Source: Candidatus Staskawiczbacteria bacterium
GTDB lineage: Bacteria > Patescibacteriota > Minisyncoccia > Minisyncoccales > Staskawiczbacteraceae
DNA: 59,271 nt
Reading direction: 5' to 3'
NCBI GenBank assembly: GCA_903845295.1
Contig: CAIMWV010000030.1
Location: 1 to 59,271, forward strand
A program made the translations under genes and the position numbers. Below are positions 9,594-18,869 of the stretch, one piece after another (the first letter of the stretch is position 1; each line of letters opens with the position of its first letter). The notes beneath the pieces are model-generated. The model was given only the letters and a program-made list of their open reading frames with translations, did not search any database and was not told the DNA's origin.

Positions 9594-10760
9594 ATGAAAA
9601 TATATAAATCTACAATTTTTGAGCTTTTTACTTTTGTGGTGGGGGCTTTAATATTACGTTTTGTTTTAGAAGAATTTTTAGGAGAAGGCTATAACTCTTT
9701 AATAAGAATGGGGGCAGTTATTTTAATTTTATTATTTGGAACATTCTTTGTATTGAAGGGCACGGCAAAAATTATAGAAGAAACAACCGGAGCTTTAAGC
9801 CACAAAACGAAGTTGGCCGGGGGGATGCTCCAGTCTCTGGGCACTGCTTTTCCCGACCTTGTTCTTGGAGTTACGGCAGCGGTTATCAGCTTGCGCGTAG
9901 CCAGCACAGACTATACATTGGCAATCAATTACGCCATTATCGCAGCAGCTACCACATTTGGATCCAATATATACAATGTAGGGCACGCTGTCTGGTGCGT
10001 TTTTAGGCAGAATTTAGCTAATGAAAAGAAAAAAGTAGTACTTATGTTTCCCTTTATTAATAAATTAGGAGTATTAACACCCCTAAGCGACCACAAAATA
10101 AAGCCGAGTTTGAAGGAATTTGATACCTCAATAGACATATTAAATGTTCTAACAATTTTAACGGCTGTTGTTGCCATTTGCATGGTTTTGTTTGGAAAGA
10201 TTGCTAATACTCCAGCCGGAATTCAAGGAGACCTATATCAATTGATAAAGCCGGTTGGAGTGGTTATCTTAATTCTTTGCATCTTTTCTATATACTATTT
10301 TAGAAAGTCTAAAAAAGAGGAAGGCCGTCTCGCAGAAGAAGAGGAAGAAAATTACTACAGCAAAAAATCTATTCCGGTAATATTAGCACATTTACTTTTT
10401 TCAGGCATAGCCATTTTATTTGCTGCAGAAACCATGGTTAATGCAGTAAAAGTATTTTCTGATTTGACCGGACTGCCATTTGTGGTAACCGGTGTTCTTG
10501 CAGGGATAATCGGATGTTTGGGCGAAATGATTGTTATCCATAACTTTTCTGTGAATCCAAAAGGCAGGCTTGGGGACGCTATAGTGGGCGTTTCTATGGA
10601 CAATATAGTAACTACTATGGGCGCTGCAATTGTGGCTATAATGGGCGGTATCTTCCTTGGTGGGAATGCTTTAATTTTGATTTTCGTCATTATTTTAACC
10701 CTTAATACAATGTTAATCTGGCAAATTTCTAGGCTGAAAAATTATTTCTATAAATTTTAA
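9594..10760 (+). CDS. Cation/Ca2+ exchanger (CaCA, YrbG-like) family membrane protein
   Basis: About 10 TM segments; alpha-repeat-like GGMLQSLGTAFPDL and GVLAGIIGCLGEM. Confidence 0.6.
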   Translation: MKIYKSTIFELFTFVVGALILRFVLEEFLGEGYNSLIRMGAVILILLFGTFFVLKGTAKIIEETTGALSHKTKLAGGMLQSLGTAFPDLVLGVTAAVISLRVASTDYTLAINYAIIAAATTFGSNIYNVGHAVWCVFRQNLANEKKKVVLMFPFINKLGVLTPLSDHKIKPSLKEFDTSIDILNVLTILTAVVAICMVLFGKIANTPAGIQGDLYQLIKPVGVVILILCIFSIYYFRKSKKEEGRLAEEEEENYYSKKSIPVILAHLLFSGIAILFAAETMVNAVKVFSDLTGLPFVVTGVLAGIIGCLGEMIVIHNFSVNPKGRLGDAIVGVSMDNIVTTMGAAIVAIMGGIFLGGNALILIFVIILTLNTMLIWQISRLKNYFYKF

Positions 10761-10784
10761 AAATAAGTTTATTTTTAAAAACCA

Positions 10785-12446
10785 ATGGCAAAAAAAATAT
10801 TTTTTATAATATTCGCGGTTATAGTGGTCATTTTTATCGCCTTTTTGTATTATAGAGAAGGTATGTTTTCAAAGGAAATTTTAAAGCTCGAGATTTTAGG
10901 CCCAGATAAAGCCAAAATAGGAGATGAAATAGAATACACTGTAGAATATAAAAATAACGGCAACTTTGTTTTAGAGCAGGCAAAGCTGACTTTTATTTTG
11001 CCGGAAAATTCTTTGACCGAAGACGGCAAAACGATTTTTACTCAAAATTTAAACGACATATATCCGGGAAACCAAGAATCTGTAAAATTTAAAGCGCGCC
11101 TTTTAGGCAAAGATGGCGACTTGAAAACCGCAAAAGCATCTCTTTCTTATGTGCCCAAAAATATAACTGCTACCTACGAATCGAATACCACTTTTATCAC
11201 TAAAATTGATTCTACTCCTATTACTTTAGATTTTGATTTGCCGACTAAAGCAGAGCAGGGAAAAAGTTTGCAGTACTCAATTAATTACTTTTCAAACGTA
11301 GATTATCCTTTGGAAAATCTTAGTATAAAAGTTGATCCTACGCCCGGTTTTGATTCTGTATCATCTGACCCGGTATCTTTAGACAAATCAGAATGGAAAT
11401 TGCAAACTTTGAACAAAGCACAGGGAGGAAGAATCGGCATTACGGGCAAGGTTTCGGCCGGCACTAATCAAAATTTAACCTTTGCAGCTTCATTAGGAAT
11501 GTGGCAAAACGGAAGTTTTATTGTAATGAAGCAGGCCAGCGTGGCGGTTCAGGTTATCCAGCCATTATTATTTATTTCTCAACAGGTTAATGGCTCGTCT
11601 TCCTACGTCGCTTCGCCCGGCGAGACCCTCCATTACCAGATTTTTTTCAGGAATATAGGGTCTACTCCTTTTGATAATTTATTTATGGTGACAAAGCTTG
11701 ATAGTCCAGCTTTAGACATGTCTACAATACAAGCGGATGGAGGCGGCCAAGCGCAGCCCAATGATAATATGATTGTTTGGGATCAAAGCCAAGTGGCTCA
11801 GTTAAGGCATTTAGATGTCCAGCAGCAGGGAGAAGTCGATTTTGATGTAAAAGTAAAAAGTGATTGGAATCCTTCCGCCACTGATATAAATAATACAGTA
11901 ATAAATGATGAAGTAAATATTTCTCAAATTACCCAGAAGTTTGCGATAAAGGTAAGTTCCGGGTTAGCAATTTCTCAAAAAGGATATTATAAAAATCAAA
12001 ATATTTCCAATTCTGGACCTATTCCGCCCACAGCCGGTAAACCAACTACCTACACAATAACCTGGGAAATTAAAAATTATTTTAGCGATACAAACAACGT
12101 TAAAGTAAAAGCCACTTTACCAAAAAATGTCAGTTTGACCGGCCAAATTTTACCACAGAATGAATCGTCAAATTTTTCTTTTGATTCAGCCAGCCGCGAA
12201 ATTGTTTGGTCGGCCGGCGATATTCAAGCTGGCACAGGCGTGACAGGAGACCCTGTTACTTTATCTTTCCAAGTTTCGTTAATACCGGATAGTTCGCAAA
12301 AAGGAATTTCGGCGCCCCTTATAGGCCAAGTGCAAATTTCGGGAGAAAATCAATTTACAAGTACCACAATCACATCTCAAGATTCCGGGGTAGACACAAG
12401 TTTGCCCGACGATTTTGCTAATTCTGGCGGCGGAATAGTGCATTAA
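10785..12446 (+). CDS. Membrane-anchored extracellular protein with repeated Ig-like (DUF11-like) beta domains
   Basis: N-terminal TM; repeated GDEIEYTVEYKNNG / PGETLHYQIFFRNIG / YTITWEIKN modules. Confidence 0.65.
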   Translation: MAKKIFFIIFAVIVVIFIAFLYYREGMFSKEILKLEILGPDKAKIGDEIEYTVEYKNNGNFVLEQAKLTFILPENSLTEDGKTIFTQNLNDIYPGNQESVKFKARLLGKDGDLKTAKASLSYVPKNITATYESNTTFITKIDSTPITLDFDLPTKAEQGKSLQYSINYFSNVDYPLENLSIKVDPTPGFDSVSSDPVSLDKSEWKLQTLNKAQGGRIGITGKVSAGTNQNLTFAASLGMWQNGSFIVMKQASVAVQVIQPLLFISQQVNGSSSYVASPGETLHYQIFFRNIGSTPFDNLFMVTKLDSPALDMSTIQADGGGQAQPNDNMIVWDQSQVAQLRHLDVQQQGEVDFDVKVKSDWNPSATDINNTVINDEVNISQITQKFAIKVSSGLAISQKGYYKNQNISNSGPIPPTAGKPTTYTITWEIKNYFSDTNNVKVKATLPKNVSLTGQILPQNESSNFSFDSASREIVWSAGDIQAGTGVTGDPVTLSFQVSLIPDSSQKGISAPLIGQVQISGENQFTSTTITSQDSGVDTSLPDDFANSGGGIVH

Positions 12447-12459
12447 TAACTATACATCT

Positions 12460-13017
12460 ATGCTAAATAAAAATACCAAAGTCCTACTTTTTGCGGATGT
12501 GACATGGTTTTTTGGCGAAGGCATGCTTGGCCCGCTTTTTGCGGTTTTTACCCAAAGAATCGGCGGAGATATATTGAATATAGCCGGAGCATGGGCAACT
12601 TACCTGATAGTCACGGGACTGCTGATTGTTTTTATAGGGAAAATTTCTGATAAAATTGTAGACAAGGAAAAACTTGTTTTTTACGGTTATATTCTTAATG
12701 CTGTTCTTACTTTTGGATATCTTTTAGTCAGCAATCCATTCCAACTTCTGATGCTTCAGGCGGGGCTGGGCGTTGCAGCTGCCATGGCCACCCCGACATG
12801 GGACGCCCTCTATTCAAAATATGAAAATAAAGAGACAGACGGGTTCACTTGGGGATTAGCTGATGGAATTTCCCAGTTGTCTACAGGATTGGCGATAATA
12901 ATCGGAGGACTAGTTGTTGTTTATTTCTCATTTACGGCTTTATTTATAATTATGGGAGTGATTCAAATAATTTCTGTAATTGTTTTATACCCTATACTAA
13001 AAAATAGAGAAAAATAA
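12460..13017 (+). CDS. Half-size MFS-fold membrane protein (6 TM)
   Basis: GKISDKIVDK (MFS motif A-like), QAGLGVAAAM...PTWDAL; 185 aa, intact start and stop. Confidence 0.7.
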   Translation: MLNKNTKVLLFADVTWFFGEGMLGPLFAVFTQRIGGDILNIAGAWATYLIVTGLLIVFIGKISDKIVDKEKLVFYGYILNAVLTFGYLLVSNPFQLLMLQAGLGVAAAMATPTWDALYSKYENKETDGFTWGLADGISQLSTGLAIIIGGLVVVYFSFTALFIIMGVIQIISVIVLYPILKNREK

Positions 13018-13078
13018 TAAAAGGTCGATTCACTCCCGCAAAGTCAGCGGAGAAATAAAAAATTAAAATCTTAAATTT

Positions 13079-13600
13079 ATGGAAAATAAAAATAAAATGG
13101 ATTATTCAAAGTTTGACGAAAAAACAAAAAATACAATAAAATACAGCGCCATCTGGAATGCCGTGGCGATGGCAATCACATCTATAGCAAGTTCTTTAGC
13201 CGTTTATTATTTTGCCAGCGACATTTATAACAGGATGGGGATATACGGGAACGCGTTTGCGAGAGCTTATGCCCCCCAGCTTATTAATTTCGGAAGTTTA
13301 ATCAGCAGTATAATTTGGGGAGCAATTTGGGGAGCTGTTGCAGGCTATATTATAGCCAAATTTTATCCTGTTTTGATGGATTGGCAAAAGAAGATTACAG
13401 GCAACAGGTTAAACACGCTTTTCAAGCTTTTATTTTGGCCATATATGGTGGTTGCATTAATATATTTACTAACGGCAGGAGGATTCAGCTATATATATGG
13501 AGGATTTACAGGAAGCATAATTGTTATAATAGGAGATTTGGTTGCAGGATTTGTCTATGCCAAGATGATGGAAAAAAATGTGGGAAAATATTATCAGTAA
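13079..13600 (+). CDS. Hypothetical membrane protein
   Basis: Four hydrophobic segments; followed by a terminator. Confidence 0.75.
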   Translation: MENKNKMDYSKFDEKTKNTIKYSAIWNAVAMAITSIASSLAVYYFASDIYNRMGIYGNAFARAYAPQLINFGSLISSIIWGAIWGAVAGYIIAKFYPVLMDWQKKITGNRLNTLFKLLFWPYMVVALIYLLTAGGFSYIYGGFTGSIIVIIGDLVAGFVYAKMMEKNVGKYYQ

Positions 13601-13614
13601 AAATTTCGATTTTT

Positions 13615-13644
13615 AAAAAATGCCCGCTGAAACGGGCATTTTTT
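13615..13644. terminator. Intrinsic (bidirectional-type) terminator
   Basis: AAAAAATGCCCG-CTGAAA-CGGGCATTTTTT. Confidence 0.85.
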
Positions 13645-13852
13645 ATTGCAATTAAACCTCGGTATTTTCCCGAAATCGCCTTTTAATTGAGGAGGTTTTG
13701 ATTCTAAATCTAAAATATAATAACTTGTATTTTTTATAATTTGGTGTAGCTTTATTTATAAGACAGCCCGAGGAGTACTCCGGCTGGTTGCGGCCTGTGG
13801 ATAAAGCGTGCCGCAAGAAAAATTCGGACATTGTCAATGAAAGGGGCTTCCG

Positions 13853-14440
13853 ATGGGAATACCAAAGAGAGTTGCAATTTTTGTTTCCGGGACAGGCTCG
13901 TTGCTCGAGGCGATGATTCCGCAAAAAGACGAGCTTGGGATTGTGCTTGTGCTGGCAGACCGGCCGTGCCGCGGATTGGAAATCGCGCGGGCTGCCGGGA
14001 TTGAGACGGAGTTGGTGAAACGCACAGATTTCAATCCCAAGAGATTCGATGCGGAAAGGGATGTGTACACCCTGCGGATTTTGCAGATTCTTATCGGCTG
14101 CCAAATTGATTTGGTCGCGATGGCCGGCTTCATGACGATTCTACATCGCGTTATCTTTGAGCGGGGCTTTAAGGGCAGAATTCTCAACACGCATCCTGCG
14201 CTTCTGCCCATGTTTAAGGGAAACCATGTGGTTTTAGACGCCATCCTTGCTGGCGTGAAAGTCACGGGTTGTACCGTCCACGTGGCGACTGAAGTGCGAG
14301 ATGAAGGCCCAATCCTGGCGCAGAAAGCAGTGGATGTGCTGCCCAACGACACCGTGGAAACACTCTGGGAACGCATCAAAGTCGTAGAGCGAGTTCTTTA
14401 CCCCAAAACAATACTGGAATACGCCGCGACGCTAAAGTAG
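13853..14440 (+). CDS. purN: Phosphoribosylglycinamide formyltransferase
   Basis: VAIFVSGTGS, DLVAMAGFMTIL, ILNTHPALLP, TGCTVH, DEGPILAQ; GC-richer than flanks. Confidence 0.93.
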   Translation: MGIPKRVAIFVSGTGSLLEAMIPQKDELGIVLVLADRPCRGLEIARAAGIETELVKRTDFNPKRFDAERDVYTLRILQILIGCQIDLVAMAGFMTILHRVIFERGFKGRILNTHPALLPMFKGNHVVLDAILAGVKVTGCTVHVATEVRDEGPILAQKAVDVLPNDTVETLWERIKVVERVLYPKTILEYAATLK

Positions 14441-14469
14441 GTCCGTCATCATGTGTGCCGGACTTTTTT
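14441..14469 (+). terminator. Intrinsic terminator after purN
   Basis: GTCCG...CGGAC stem then T6. Confidence 0.6.
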
Positions 14470-14494
14470 GTTATAAAATAATAGCAATATATTG

Positions 14495-14623
14495 ACCCCG
14501 TTATAAGTTTGCCACCGCATAGCAATTTTATAGGTATGTGTAATTTGATAATTAATCCGTGGCGGTGAAAGTTCAGCGGAACTTTCACCGCAATATTATT
14601 CCATCGCAAACTTATAACGGGGT
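14495..14623. repeat. Intergenic inverted-repeat module B
   Basis: Perfect 18-bp terminal IR ACCCCGTTATAAGTTTGC / GCAAACTTATAACGGGGT; internal perfect 13-bp hairpin at 14562-14591. Confidence 0.8.
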
Positions 14624-14674
14624 TGAATTTATGGGTTCAAAAGGTTAAGATGAAACAATTAAACTTTATTATAT

Positions 14675-15991
14675 ATGACGGCAAAAAAAGAAGACTTGCC
14701 TGCGCAGGCAGGAAATAATCCAGAATTAATGGATAAAATCGTATCTTTGTGCAAGAGGAGGGGCTTTGTTTTCCCGGGATCTGAAATATATGGAGGATTG
14801 GCTAATTCATTTGATTACGGTCCTTTGGGTGTTGAACTTGAAAATAATATAAAAAACATCTGGTGGAAACGCTTTGTCCACCAAAGAGATGATGTGGTCG
14901 GCATAGATGCCGCCTTGATAATGAATCCGAAAGTCTGGGAAGCCTCGGGCCACCTGGAAAATTTCTCAGATCCTTTGGTTGAATGCAAAAAATGCCACCA
15001 TAGATTCAGGGAGGACCAGCTTAAAGAGAAAAAATGTCCTGATTGCAAGGGAGAATTAATGCCGGCAAAACAATTTAATTTAATGTTGAAGACTTTTTTG
15101 GGGCCGGTTGAGAACGGTGACAGCGCGGTTTATCTGCGTCCGGAAATAGCCCAGACAATGTTTGTTGATTTTAAAAATGTTTTAGATACCACAAGAAGAA
15201 AATTGCCTTTCGGCATCGCTTCTCAGGGCAAGGCTTTCAGAAACGAAATAACTCCTGGTAATTTTATTTTTCGCACAAGAGAATTCAATTTGATGGAATT
15301 TGAATACTTTATCCGCGAGGATGAATGGAAAAAGTGGTTTGAATATTGGAAAGAAGAAATGGAAAATTGGCTCTTGGATTTGGGTGTCAATATGGGACAT
15401 ATCCACCAAGTTGAAATTCCCGATGGTGAAAGGGCGCATTATTCCAAAAGAACCGTTGATTTTGAATACGAATATCCTTTCGGCCAGAAAGAGTTGTATG
15501 GCCTGGCTTATCGCACTGATTTTGATTTGAAAAATCATTTCAAAGAACCGCCGTATGAAGACGCAGAATCCGGAGAAAAATTTTATCCGCATGTCATTGA
15601 GCCGACATTCGGCCTCGATAGGTCGGTTTTAGTGGCGCTTTTGGAGGCATATTGTCAGGAAAAAGACCGGGTTGTCCTGAAACTTCCGGTAAAATTGGCT
15701 CCATACAAAGTTGCCGTTTTCCCTCTCTTAAAAAACAAGCCGGAATTGGTTAAAAAAGCCACAGAAGTATACCATCAGTTAAAGAAAAATTTTACAGCCG
15801 CATTTGATGACAGGGGAAATATTGGAAAACGTTATTACAGCCAGGATGAGATTGGAACGCCTTTTTGCGTGACAATTGATTTTGATACTTTAGAAAATGA
15901 GGATGTGACGGTCAGAGACAGAGATACAATGAAACAAGAAAGAATAAAAATTAAAGATCTAACATCATTTTTAAATGGCAAACTTGTATAA
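14675..15991 (+). CDS. glyQS: Glycine--tRNA ligase (alpha2 homodimeric type)
   Basis: KRRGFVFPGSEIYGG, YLRPEIAQ, FRNEITPGNFIFRTREF, IEPTFGLDR, anticodon-binding domain. Confidence 0.96.
   Translation: MTAKKEDLPAQAGNNPELMDKIVSLCKRRGFVFPGSEIYGGLANSFDYGPLGVELENNIKNIWWKRFVHQRDDVVGIDAALIMNPKVWEASGHLENFSDPLVECKKCHHRFREDQLKEKKCPDCKGELMPAKQFNLMLKTFLGPVENGDSAVYLRPEIAQTMFVDFKNVLDTTRRKLPFGIASQGKAFRNEITPGNFIFRTREFNLMEFEYFIREDEWKKWFEYWKEEMENWLLDLGVNMGHIHQVEIPDGERAHYSKRTVDFEYEYPFGQKELYGLAYRTDFDLKNHFKEPPYEDAESGEKFYPHVIEPTFGLDRSVLVALLEAYCQEKDRVVLKLPVKLAPYKVAVFPLLKNKPELVKKATEVYHQLKKNFTAAFDDRGNIGKRYYSQDEIGTPFCVTIDFDTLENEDVTVRDRDTMKQERIKIKDLTSFLNGKLV
14695..14712. repeat. 18-bp near-perfect palindrome within the glyQS 5' end (LPAQAG)
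   Basis: CTTGCCTGCGCAGGCAGG; inner 14 bp TGCCTGCGCAGGCA is a perfect palindrome. Confidence 0.6.
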
Positions 15992-17255
15992 AAAAACAAC
16001 TCTAAATAATGGGTTAAGGATTATTACAGTTCCAGTAAAAAATGCTAACAGTGTTACGGTCTTGATATTGGTCGGTACGGGTTCTAAATATGAAACAAAA
16101 GATATAAACGGGATTTCACATTTTTTAGAGCACATGTTTTTTAAAGGGACCGTAAAGTGTCCCAATACTTTAAAAATTTCAGAAACCTTGGATTCGGTCG
16201 GCGGAGAATACAACGCATTCACGTCTAAGGAGGTTACCGGATTTTGGGCGAAAGTTGATAAAAAACATTCGGATGTGGCATTAGACTGGATTTCAGATAT
16301 ATTTTTGAATTCCAAGTTTGCCGGAGAAGAGATACAAAGGGAAAAAGGCGTAATAATTGAGGAAGTAAATATGTATTTAGACACTCCTACCGCATATATC
16401 GGAGACCTTTGGGAAAAACTTTTATACGGGGACCAACCGGCGGGCTGGATGACCATAGGAGAAAAGGAAAATATAATGAGTTTTAACAGGAAGAAGGTTT
16501 TAGATTATTATAATTCCCACTATTCTTCATCAAATGTGATAGTCTGCGTTGCCGGAGCCGTGGAGCCTAAAAAAATAGAAAAAGAAATTGAAGGTTATTT
16601 CAAAGATATAAAAAAGGGCTTAGCCGGAAAAAAAATTAAAGTAAAAGAGGTTCAGCAGGAGCCGAAAGTTTTGCTGCACAATAAAAAAACAGACCAAACG
16701 CATTTTTGCCTGGGAGTAAGAGCATATGATTTATTTGATAAAAGAAAGTATGCCCTAGCTTTACTGTCTATTATTTTAGGGGGCAATATGAGCTCGCGGC
16801 TTTTCATAAAAGTAAGGGAAAGAAACGGCTTGGCATATTCGATACATACATCAGCCGATAACGCCACTGATACGGGATATCTGGTCACACAGGCCGGAAT
16901 TGACCATAAAAACCTGGAAAAATCTATAGAATTAATCTTGCAGGAATATAAAGATCTGAAAAATAATAAGATTACGGAAAAAGAATTACAGAAGGCAAAA
17001 GACTATGTGAAAGGAACCACGTCTTTGTCTTTAGACTCTTCAGACGTCCAAGCTTCTTTTTATGCTGTGCAGGAATTATTGGAAAAAAATATTTTGACCC
17101 CAGAAGAAAAGTTCAAAAAAATTGACAAAGTCTCTATAGATGATATAAAAAAAGTGGCAGAGGATATATTTTTGCCGGAGAAGCTTAATTTAGCCGTGAT
17201 AGGTCCGGTTGAACAAAAAGATTCTGCCAGATTAAAAAAATTATTAAAACTATAA
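15975..17255 (+). CDS. M16 family zinc peptidase
   Basis: HFLEH (HxxEH), NAFTS, SSRLFIKVRERNGLAYS. Confidence 0.92.
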   Translation: MANLYKKTTLNNGLRIITVPVKNANSVTVLILVGTGSKYETKDINGISHFLEHMFFKGTVKCPNTLKISETLDSVGGEYNAFTSKEVTGFWAKVDKKHSDVALDWISDIFLNSKFAGEEIQREKGVIIEEVNMYLDTPTAYIGDLWEKLLYGDQPAGWMTIGEKENIMSFNRKKVLDYYNSHYSSSNVIVCVAGAVEPKKIEKEIEGYFKDIKKGLAGKKIKVKEVQQEPKVLLHNKKTDQTHFCLGVRAYDLFDKRKYALALLSIILGGNMSSRLFIKVRERNGLAYSIHTSADNATDTGYLVTQAGIDHKNLEKSIELILQEYKDLKNNKITEKELQKAKDYVKGTTSLSLDSSDVQASFYAVQELLEKNILTPEEKFKKIDKVSIDDIKKVAEDIFLPEKLNLAVIGPVEQKDSARLKKLLKL

Positions 17256-17257
17256 AA

Positions 17258-18289
17258 ATGGAGAAAGAACAAGTTCTGGATATTTCATGGGGAACGATAG
17301 TCAAGGTATTCGTAGCAATTTTAATTTTCTACGTTATTTATCTTGCCAGAAATATAGCTATCTGGTTCTTTTTTGCTTTAGTAATTTCAGTTTTGCTTGA
17401 CCCGGCAATTAATTTTTTACGTAAAATCCGCACACCTAAAATTATAGCCATAATAGCGGTTTATCTGTCCATCTTCGGCGTGTTGGGGCTTTTAATTTAT
17501 TTAACAGCTCCAATTTTCATTTCAGAATTAAAACAATTTTCCCATTATTTGCCGGGCTATTTTAACCAGATCAGTCCGGTTTTGAGGCAGCTGGGCGTTG
17601 ACACAGCGCAGAATTTTAATGACTTTATAAAATCTCTTACAAATGATTTGGAAGAGAGTTCAGGGAATGTTATAAGCGCATTGCTGGTATTTTTTGGAGG
17701 GATTTCTTCGGCTGCCTTTATTTTGACTATTGCTTTTTTCCTTTCTTTGGAAGAAGAAGGAATAGAAAAATTTTTAGTTCTCCTGACCCCTAAAAAACAT
17801 GAGGAATATGCGCTTGATCTTTTTGAAAAAGTCCAGGTTAAAATTTCCGGATGGTTTGGTGCAAGAATATTGGCTTGTGCCTTTGTGGGGATAGCTTCTT
17901 TTATTGTTTTTTATATATTCGGAGTAAAATATGCTTTTATTCTGGCTTTGATATCGGGAATTTTAAATTTCATTCCTTATGTAGGACCATGGATAAGCAC
18001 TCTTCTGTTTATTATATTTATTGCCGTTTCATCTGGCTCATGGATGACAGTTATCTATGTTTTGATTGCCGTAGTCATAATTCAGGAAATCGAAAATAAG
18101 CTTTTAACGCCCCTATTAATGAAAAAATTCGTGAATGTGCCGCCGGTTTTGGTTATAGTCTCTCTGCTTGTCGGAGCTAAATTGTTCGGATTTTTAGGCA
18201 TGATTTTTGCAGTTCCGGTTTTTGGCATTATCTATGAATTTTTGAGAGAATTTTTAGAAAAAAGGAGGGAGGAAAGCTTAGATTCTTAG
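17258..18289 (+). CDS. AI-2E family transporter
   Basis: NFIPYVGP, QEIENKLLTPLLM, GAKLFGFLGMIFAVP. Confidence 0.88.
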   Translation: MEKEQVLDISWGTIVKVFVAILIFYVIYLARNIAIWFFFALVISVLLDPAINFLRKIRTPKIIAIIAVYLSIFGVLGLLIYLTAPIFISELKQFSHYLPGYFNQISPVLRQLGVDTAQNFNDFIKSLTNDLEESSGNVISALLVFFGGISSAAFILTIAFFLSLEEEGIEKFLVLLTPKKHEEYALDLFEKVQVKISGWFGARILACAFVGIASFIVFYIFGVKYAFILALISGILNFIPYVGPWISTLLFIIFIAVSSGSWMTVIYVLIAVVIIQEIENKLLTPLLMKKFVNVPPVLVIVSLLVGAKLFGFLGMIFAVPVFGIIYEFLREFLEKRREESLDS

Positions 18290-18742
18290 TATTATTATAG
18301 AAATTGCAACAACTATAACTTGATTTACTATTCTCCAGAATTTGGAGATTTTTTTTCCTTTTAAAAAATGGATTATTTGGTGATGTATCTTGTTGTGGAT
18401 TTCTAAAATTTTATTTGGCACAAGATGATTTAAAACAGTGAAACCATCGGGCAATATCGCCATAAAGGCACAGATATAAATAATCCCCCATCCTGAGCAC
18501 GTCGAAGGATCAGAGAATATCCAAATAAGCAAAATGCCTAAACAGAAATCTAAAAAAATTTTTAAAACATCGGGCAATATTTTGTGCCATTGTTTTTTTT
18601 CTATATTTTCAATGCCATATTCAATGTGGGGGAATAAATCCAAGAAATAATGGCTTAAAAAGGCCAGAATAATAGCCAAGGGGATATTATTTACCGCAGA
18701 GCCTACCGCAGCACCGAATAATAAATGCACGAGTAAAATCAT
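18278..18742 (-). CDS. Membrane-bound metal-dependent hydrolase-like protein
   Basis: HLLFG, SHYFLD..PH, LPD motifs in hydrophobic context. Confidence 0.6.
   Translation of the reverse strand: MILLVHLLFGAAVGSAVNNIPLAIILAFLSHYFLDLFPHIEYGIENIEKKQWHKILPDVLKIFLDFCLGILLIWIFSDPSTCSGWGIIYICAFMAILPDGFTVLNHLVPNKILEIHNKIHHQIIHFLKGKKISKFWRIVNQVIVVAISIIILRI
18490..18510 (-). repeat. Palindromic element copy 3 (PSTCSG)
   Basis: Minus strand ATCCTTCGACGTGCTCAGGAT. Confidence 0.8.
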
Positions 18743-18869
18743 GGAAATTTTATCGGAAAAATGTTAAATTGGATAATGTCAACAATTATAGAAATAGCTT
18801 CGCCATTTATATAATTACGGCATTCGGCCGAAATGAAAATAAATTTTCATTTCTTCCTCATTTGTAATT

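Noticed and set aside
13028-13039. 12-mer ATTCACTCCCGC identical to the tmRNA 5' end region (730-741), suggesting an att site
   Set aside because: Exact 12-mer matches are expected by chance in 59 kb, integration normally uses the 3' end, and no integrase is present.
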